From an uncultured Myxococcales bacterium (GTDB taxonomy: Bacteria > Myxococcota_A > Polyangia > DRWM01 > JAAZOP01), in contig CAZMRP010000001.1 of the NCBI GenBank assembly GCA_964568275.1, positions 8,382-72,381 of the forward strand: 64,000 nt of DNA, written 5' to 3'. Shown here piece by piece: positions 58,578-64,000 of the stretch. Every line of letters begins with the position of its first letter. Position 1 is the stretch's first letter. The position numbers were made by a program, and so were the translations under genes. Under the pieces are notes generated by a model. That model did not search any database, was not told the DNA's origin, and worked only from the letters and a program-made list of their open reading frames with translations.

Positions 58578-60350
58578 CTACCGCCGCGAAGGTCCCCGGT
58601 CCGCGCCGTCCTCGCGGCGGCATTCGACCTGGGTCTCCGGAGACGCGTCGGACGGCGCTTGGGGCTCCGCAACTGGCGGGGCTCCCGCGGCATCTGCCGA
58701 AGGCTCATCGTCCGAAGCCGGAAACTCCGCCGCGAACCACCGCTCGACGGCCGCGCTCCGGCTCCCGCCTCTCCCAGCCACGCGCGCGACGATCTCGTAG
58801 CAGTCGGCGTACATGCGGACGGCGCTTGCCGTCATCTCCGGACGAAGCGGCCGGGGGGAAGCGGCTGGAAGCCGATGGACACCGTGGAGCGGACTCCCGC
58901 ACGGGACCAGGTTCTCGCGCTCCAGGCAGTTCCAGTGCCCGTGGACCACCGCCGAGAACGGCTGGAAGATGAGCGCCCTCTCGTCGGCGCAACCCGCGTC
59001 CTCGGCCATCTTTCGCAGGTCCTTGTCGTTCGTGCCGCTGCCGACGTCGACGGCCTGGAGGAAGCCGTACCGCTGCACGTCGAGCCAGCGACCCCTGTCC
59101 TTGATCTCGGTTTCGACGAAGGAGTGATCGGGCCGCTCCGGATTCTCCTCGAGCAACCGCTTCAGATGCTCGATGTGCAGCTTCTCCTGGCCGAGTCCGT
59201 AGTCGACGAACCAGTCGTAATCGTCGGCCGAGTCGCGCTTGGCGAACCACGATAGGCGGATGAGCGTTTCGCACATCGCCCGTAGAGCCATCTCGCCCCA
59301 GGGAAAGGTGGAAAGGAACGGAAGGGCCGCCAGGTCGGAGGCCATTTCGGCCTGTCGCTGGAGGAGACCGAGAAGAACCTCGGGGCGGCGCGGCGCCGCG
59401 AGGTCGGAAGGAAACGCCTCCGCGAGGTCAGCGACCTCCCGCATCGCCTCCTGGCGAAACTTGGCCCCGACGAGGGCCGCCGCGGTCACCGTCGCGCGGT
59501 CGAACGCCGGCGTCTCCCACGTCGGGATCCTGCATGCGGTGAGCGAGCGCCCATGCTTCCAGAACACCTTCGACCATTCGGATCCCGTCGCGAGCGGCAT
59601 GACCGTGCCGTTCAGCGACGCGCGCACGAACGCCGCCGCTTTCTTGCCCTCGTCGGAGTCCGGCTGCTCCAGGATCACGTTGATGTCCGGCGGCGGGCAC
59701 GACGTCGAGAACTTGATCCGTCCCGACTGCACGAAGCCGTAGAACGCGGTGGTCTGGACGAACATCGCCTTCCTCCCGCGGCGATCGAACAGGCCCTGGA
59801 CGCAGGAGGCGATCACGTCGAGCGCCTCCATGCCGGCGGAAGCCGTTTCCAGTGAGCCTCGCCCGACGAGCCAGGCCATCGGGAAGGCCGGGTAGAACTT
59901 CACGAACGGGGCGAGCGCCTCGCTGATTCGCCGACGGACATCGTCTGCGAGTTCGCGCGTGATGGTGTCGCGAACCGCGCCTTCGAGGTCGCGGTAGTCG
60001 GATGCCAGGCAGAACGTGCGCTGGTTCAACTCGGGAGACGCCGCCTTCGCGGCCGCCGAGATCAACGCCTCGGTGGTCGCCGCGGCGTCATGCGGCCCGA
60101 ACCGGTCGGCCAGCAATCCGATCCACAGCAGTTCGGGCAGCGCCCATCGGATCCAGTCGATCTCGGGAGCGCCGCGGTTGATGCCCTCGAAGAACGGGAG
60201 CATCGGCGGCACGAAGCGCTTGCCTTGCCGGAGGTGGTCCTGAAGCACACGCTGGGGCGCCGGTCCACTTCCACGTTTCGCGCGGCCACGGCGATGCGCA
60301 CGCCGCTCTCCCTTCTTGCCCTTGCTCATCTTCCGGGTCCTTCCCCTCAC
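58578..60350 (-). CDS. hypothetical protein (590 aa)
   Basis: ORF track; basic N-terminus; no motif. Confidence 0.35.
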   Translation of the reverse strand: MRGRTRKMSKGKKGERRAHRRGRAKRGSGPAPQRVLQDHLRQGKRFVPPMLPFFEGINRGAPEIDWIRWALPELLWIGLLADRFGPHDAAATTEALISAAAKAASPELNQRTFCLASDYRDLEGAVRDTITRELADDVRRRISEALAPFVKFYPAFPMAWLVGRGSLETASAGMEALDVIASCVQGLFDRRGRKAMFVQTTAFYGFVQSGRIKFSTSCPPPDINVILEQPDSDEGKKAAAFVRASLNGTVMPLATGSEWSKVFWKHGRSLTACRIPTWETPAFDRATVTAAALVGAKFRQEAMREVADLAEAFPSDLAAPRRPEVLLGLLQRQAEMASDLAALPFLSTFPWGEMALRAMCETLIRLSWFAKRDSADDYDWFVDYGLGQEKLHIEHLKRLLEENPERPDHSFVETEIKDRGRWLDVQRYGFLQAVDVGSGTNDKDLRKMAEDAGCADERALIFQPFSAVVHGHWNCLERENLVPCGSPLHGVHRLPAASPRPLRPEMTASAVRMYADCYEIVARVAGRGGSRSAAVERWFAAEFPASDDEPSADAAGAPPVAEPQAPSDASPETQVECRREDGADRGPSRR

Positions 60351-60723
60351 GGCCGTCCAAGACGGATTCTCAACAGCGCTTCCTCCGCGGACCTACCTAC
60401 CTACCAACGCTCGCCACGAACCACGCGTCCCACTTGGAGTGTACCCCGTTGCCGGTACGGGCCGTAGGCGAGACGATCCCGTCCGAACACCGGCTCGGTC
60501 CGTCTGGCGGGACGGCCGCGTCGGAATCGCGCCAAGGTCCTCGGCGGCCTCGACACCGCCGTCGTCCGGCGGGAGTTGGGCGACGGCGCGATCCTGCTCT
60601 GCTGGAAGACCCGGGGCCGCCGTGCCATCGGAGGATCGTGGAGGGATGGCTGGATCATGTGCTGGAGATCGAGGTGGATGAGGTGGAGTGGAGGGAGCCG
60701 CACGGTTCGGCGCCGGCGACGGC

Positions 60724-60754
60724 TCGAACCTGCGACGCGGCGTCGCACCTTCGA
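60724..60754. repeat. REP-like palindromic element, copy 2
   Basis: TCGAACCTGCGACGCGGCGTCGCACCTTCGA. Confidence 0.55.
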
Positions 60755-60802
60755 CTCACTGCTCCGCAGCCACCGGCGCTCGGACGGTGCATCACGTCCA
60801 CT

Positions 60803-62317
60803 TCACGGAGGCCCGGAGTCGTCCCCGTTCGCGTCCTCCTCGGTGAGCCAGCGCAGAAGGCGCTCCAACTGTGGGGCATCATCGGCGCCGCATGTCGTGC
60901 GCCGGATTACTACGTTCGGGAGTTCCCGTCGAAGACCCGACAGGTGTAGGTCGATCGAATGCGCCGTCAGCCACGACACCAGCGCCAGCGACTGCTCGTT
61001 GTCCGCGATGCACTTCCTCAAGGCACGGTCCCCGACGACGTAGACCGGTGCCGCCGCCTGCTTCCGTCGTGGGCGAGGGTTGGCAACGAGGTTGACGGAG
61101 ACGCTCGACGCCGATGCCTGAGCAAGGGTGGGAAGGACGCGCAGTATCGAGAGCTCGCCCAGCAACGCCCCTCGCTCCGCCGGCGTCAGGGAATCGGTGG
61201 CTACGAGCGCAGCAATGCCGGTGGCTGCGACCGCGCACTCCTGCGAACGTGCCCGAGCGATGAATCCGGCCAGCAGCTTGGCAGCCTCGCCAGGACGGCC
61301 AGCCCGGAGTCGTCGCCGTGCTCCAACGAGGACTTCGTCGATCCTGCGCCCGAAGCGCGGCCGCGTGCGATCCAGCCAGTCGACGAACTTGGGGTTCGTC
61401 AGGGGCGAACAAGGCACGGCCAAACACGGGCGCCCCAGTCGGGCAGCCACCGCCGGGACGGTGCTCCAGCGTTCGGCGGGGAGGTCCAAGGCACGGAAGT
61501 CCACGCTGCCGGCATCGCCGAAGGCGTCAAGAACCGCCAGCGCCGGGAAGCGTCCGCAGAAGGCACGGAGGCTGCGGCCGTACAGCCCCTCCGAGATGCC
61601 GCACAGGTGCCTGAGCGTCGGGCGCGGTTCGTCCGGGGACTGCTCCAGGACGAGCGACGCTGATTCCGGGAAACGCCACCATGCGAGGGCGGCGTAGGCA
61701 GCGGACGAGAAGAAGTCGGTGGTTCCCGCCGGCAGGGACTCCAACGCCAAGCGCATCTGGCGATCCGAGAAGCGGGGCCTCGGGAGCCGTCCGCCGAGAA
61801 CGTGTGGGAGTGCCGAGTTGAGCACAACGAGGAGTTCGATCGGTTCCAGGTGGCAACAGGCAGCAAGGACCTCGTCGACGTCGGTCGACTGGTGAAACCC
61901 CTGCAACCAGGCGCCCACCAGCCAGAACGCGCCCCGATCACGCGAGCGCGCCAACCGGAGAGCCATGCGGTACGGGACGTCATAGTCGTGAACGGTGAAG
62001 CCGTGTCGGCGACCGGCCTGATGCGCGGGCACATCCGCCCACGCGACGACTTCCTCGCCCGTGGCCGCCACGGATGCGGGGGGCGGTGAGATACCGAGTT
62101 GCTCGGCCGCCTCCGTCATCAGTTCGATCATCGTCGAACGGCACCCGATCAGCCGTGCAGGCCTTCTTGGCGCCGAGCCTGCGAGGCTCGGGATGTCGGA
62201 ATCGCAAGCCCCTGGCCCGAACGAGAAGGAGTCGCGCGCCGCGGCTAGCGGAAACAGCCGGATGGTACCCCTGCGGTCGACTACGAAGCGCATGTTTCCA
62301 CCTCCTGTTTGGGACAT
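60803..62317 (-). CDS. hypothetical protein (504 aa)
   Basis: ORF track. Confidence 0.35.
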   Translation of the reverse strand: MSQTGGGNMRFVVDRRGTIRLFPLAAARDSFSFGPGACDSDIPSLAGSAPRRPARLIGCRSTMIELMTEAAEQLGISPPPASVAATGEEVVAWADVPAHQAGRRHGFTVHDYDVPYRMALRLARSRDRGAFWLVGAWLQGFHQSTDVDEVLAACCHLEPIELLVVLNSALPHVLGGRLPRPRFSDRQMRLALESLPAGTTDFFSSAAYAALAWWRFPESASLVLEQSPDEPRPTLRHLCGISEGLYGRSLRAFCGRFPALAVLDAFGDAGSVDFRALDLPAERWSTVPAVAARLGRPCLAVPCSPLTNPKFVDWLDRTRPRFGRRIDEVLVGARRRLRAGRPGEAAKLLAGFIARARSQECAVAATGIAALVATDSLTPAERGALLGELSILRVLPTLAQASASSVSVNLVANPRPRRKQAAAPVYVVGDRALRKCIADNEQSLALVSWLTAHSIDLHLSGLRRELPNVVIRRTTCGADDAPQLERLLRWLTEEDANGDDSGPP

Positions 62318-62540
62318 CTACCACAGAGATCGACCGATCCCGCTCGCTTCGTCTGCACGACCGCTCCGAACAAAGAGGAACGACAGCGCCATGGGACGAG
62401 GGTGAGCTGCGAATCAACTGCCCCCCACGTCCCACAACTCGACCCTTCGCAGGCCGTCGGACCTCGCCTCGAAGAAGAGCGAGCAGTCGTTCCCGGCACT
62501 TGACGATGCGTGACGGATGCTCCCTCCCCCCGACACCATT

Positions 62541-62571
62541 TCGAGCCTGCGACGCGGCGTCGCACCTTCGA
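62541..62571. repeat. REP-like palindromic element, copy 3
   Basis: TCGAGCCTGCGACGCGGCGTCGCACCTTCGA. Confidence 0.55.
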
Positions 62572-62709
62572 CCGGATGGGTTGCCGCTACGGCACCGAGC
62601 CGGTGGCTCGCGGCGCACGAGCCCATCACGCCGCTGCCGCTCGGCGCTTCGCCGGTCCTTGACGCACGCCCCACCGGGGCGAAACCTATAGGGCCGTGGC
62701 GGCGATGGC

Positions 62710-63429
62710 ATGGGAAGGAGTGGCGGGATGGCGGCGAGAGCGACACGGCAACCGAGACTTGGGCAGGCCGAGGTACGAGGTGACCGCGTGGCGAGCCGTG
62801 CCGGGACCCGCTCGGACGTTCCCCGTCCGTTCACGGTGATCGTTGCGGATCCGCCGTGGCGCTTCCACGACAAGCTCCGCATGGGGAAGACCAGGCGCGG
62901 CTCCGACGATCAGTACCAGACGCTGTCCGTCCGCGAGCTCTGCGCCCTCCGCGTCAAGGACGTGGCCGCCGGCGACGCCGTCGTGGCCCTGTGGACGCCG
63001 GGGGCCCTCGTCGAGCAGGGTCTCCAGGTCGTGAGGGCCTGGGGCTTCACGCAGAAGCAGGTCTGGGTCTGGGTGAAGACGACGCGGCGCAGGAAGCTGC
63101 ACTTCGGAATGGGCAACACCATCCGGTCGGCCTGCGAAGTGGCGCTGATCGGCACCCGGGGAAGCCCAAAGGTCCGAAGCCGCTCGGAGAGGAACGTGTG
63201 GTGCGGGTTGGCCACTCGCCACAGCGCCAAGCCAGAGGCCTTGCAGGAAGCGCTCGAGAGGATGCTGCGGGGACCCAGGCTCGAGCTCTTCGCCCGCCGG
63301 CGTCGCCCGAACTGGGAGTGTACCGGGCTGGAACTCGACGGCATCGATGTGCGGCGCAAGCTCGATGCCCTCGCGGCCGCGATCAGGCGCGGGGATCGCC
63401 CGCGAAGCCGGGGAACGAAGCCGCGGTGA
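62710..63429 (+). CDS. MT-A70-family N6-adenine DNA methyltransferase
   Basis: VIVADPPWRF...LWTPGAL...; catalytic DPPW. Confidence 0.7.
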   Translation: MGRSGGMAARATRQPRLGQAEVRGDRVASRAGTRSDVPRPFTVIVADPPWRFHDKLRMGKTRRGSDDQYQTLSVRELCALRVKDVAAGDAVVALWTPGALVEQGLQVVRAWGFTQKQVWVWVKTTRRRKLHFGMGNTIRSACEVALIGTRGSPKVRSRSERNVWCGLATRHSAKPEALQEALERMLRGPRLELFARRRRPNWECTGLELDGIDVRRKLDALAAAIRRGDRPRSRGTKPR

Positions 63430-63527
63430 TCGGCGGTCCGGAGGACGGCGTCGTCAACTGGGCCAACCGGCGGCGTGAACGAGGACGAGCGGCCGACCCG
63501 CGGCACGGAACCGACTGCGTCCCCCGG

Positions 63528-64000
63528 TCACCACCCGGCACCGCATCGATGGAGGATGGTCCCGACGCCGCCCACCGCGAAGACGTTGGTCCCGGAACTG
63601 CCCCAGACGCCGAGCAGGTTCTCCGTCGTGGCGCGCGGGATCGTGGTCCATGAGGTCCCGCCGAAACGCGTGACAGTTCCTGCCCAGCCAACGGCAAACA
63701 CGTTGGTCGCTGAACTACCCCAAACATCGTACAGGCTGGTGCCGGGGAACGAGGCGACCGTCGACCAGCTTCCGCCGTCGAAGTGGAGTACCGAACCGTT
63801 GGAACCGGAGAACGAGTAGCCGGCGGCGAAGACGTTCGTCGGCGAGGAGCCCCAAACCCCCCTCAACCAGTCCGTCGTCCCGGACGACATGTCCGACCAC
63901 GTGGCGCCGTCGAAGCGGAGAAGAGTGCCGCCGGCACCGACGGCAAAGACGTCCGTAGCACCGCTTCCCCAGACACCGTCTAGTTGGGCAATCGTTGTCG
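63528..64000 (-). CDS. beta-propeller-type repeat protein, C-terminal part, partial; N-terminus beyond window end
   Basis: Four or more repeats of about 40 aa (GVWGSSxTNVFAVG...G.I..DG..W). My back-translation shows the frame open to position 64000. Confidence 0.5.
   Translation of the reverse strand, partial: TTIAQLDGVWGSGATDVFAVGAGGTLLRFDGATWSDMSSGTTDWLRGVWGSSPTNVFAAGYSFSGSNGSVLHFDGGSWSTVASFPGTSLYDVWGSSATNVFAVGWAGTVTRFGGTSWTTIPRATTENLLGVWGSSGTNVFAVGGVGTILHRCGAGW

Noticed and set aside
1-64000. CRISPR arrays, rRNA genes, complete tRNAs, IS elements with terminal inverted repeats
   Set aside because: No regularly spaced direct repeats, no rRNA-like conserved stretches and no transposase motifs (DDE/HUH) were seen on reading. 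The only RNA-gene-like sequence is the tRNA-Gly fragment.

Overview
The window is about 70% G+C by eye and is almost entirely accessory: mobile-element and defence genes with no housekeeping genes. The taxon is not resolved. The proteins look actinobacterial or myxobacterial: a DUF2510-like N-terminus at 3117 and a WGSSxTNVFAVG propeller repeat at the right edge. Left end (1-3.7 kb) holds a partial PIN-domain gene and two lipoproteins, one with a C-terminal HNH nuclease. 3.8-12.7 kb is an integrative element (tyrosine recombinase, HTH/Xis, P-loop replicase-like protein, Prim-Pol, xis-int) ending at a 42-nt tRNA-Gly(GCC) 3'-end fragment, which is the att core. 12.9-31.9 kb is one long minus-strand operon joined by overlapping stop/start codons. 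It combines a class-1 DISARM gene set (SNF2 helicase DrmD, N6A methylase DrmMI, helicase DrmA, DUF1998 DrmB, PLD DrmC) with an embedded GHKL/MORC-like ATPase and a partner gene split by an in-frame amber codon. A Dcm-Vsr-HNH module is coupled upstream by an ATGA overlap. 32-41.6 kb carries three AlpA-type HTH genes, DUF429, an XRE-ImmA/IrrE fusion with a PIN gene, DUF2188, a Gp37/Gp68 three-Cys protein with TcmP, and an MBL hydrolase with a coupled unknown. 41.7-48.5 kb has a 996-aa unknown divergent from a coupled B12-binding radical-SAM / thymidylate-kinase-like / cold-shock-domain operon. 48.6-64 kb has two HExxH proteins, an HNH protein with a 578-aa partner, a GIY-YIG fragment, a P-loop ATPase with an EEP nuclease, a Lys/Ala-rich protein, an orphan MT-A70 methylase, three copies of a 31-bp REP-like palindrome, and a partial beta-propeller repeat protein at the window edge. 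No CRISPR array, rRNA or complete tRNA was found.
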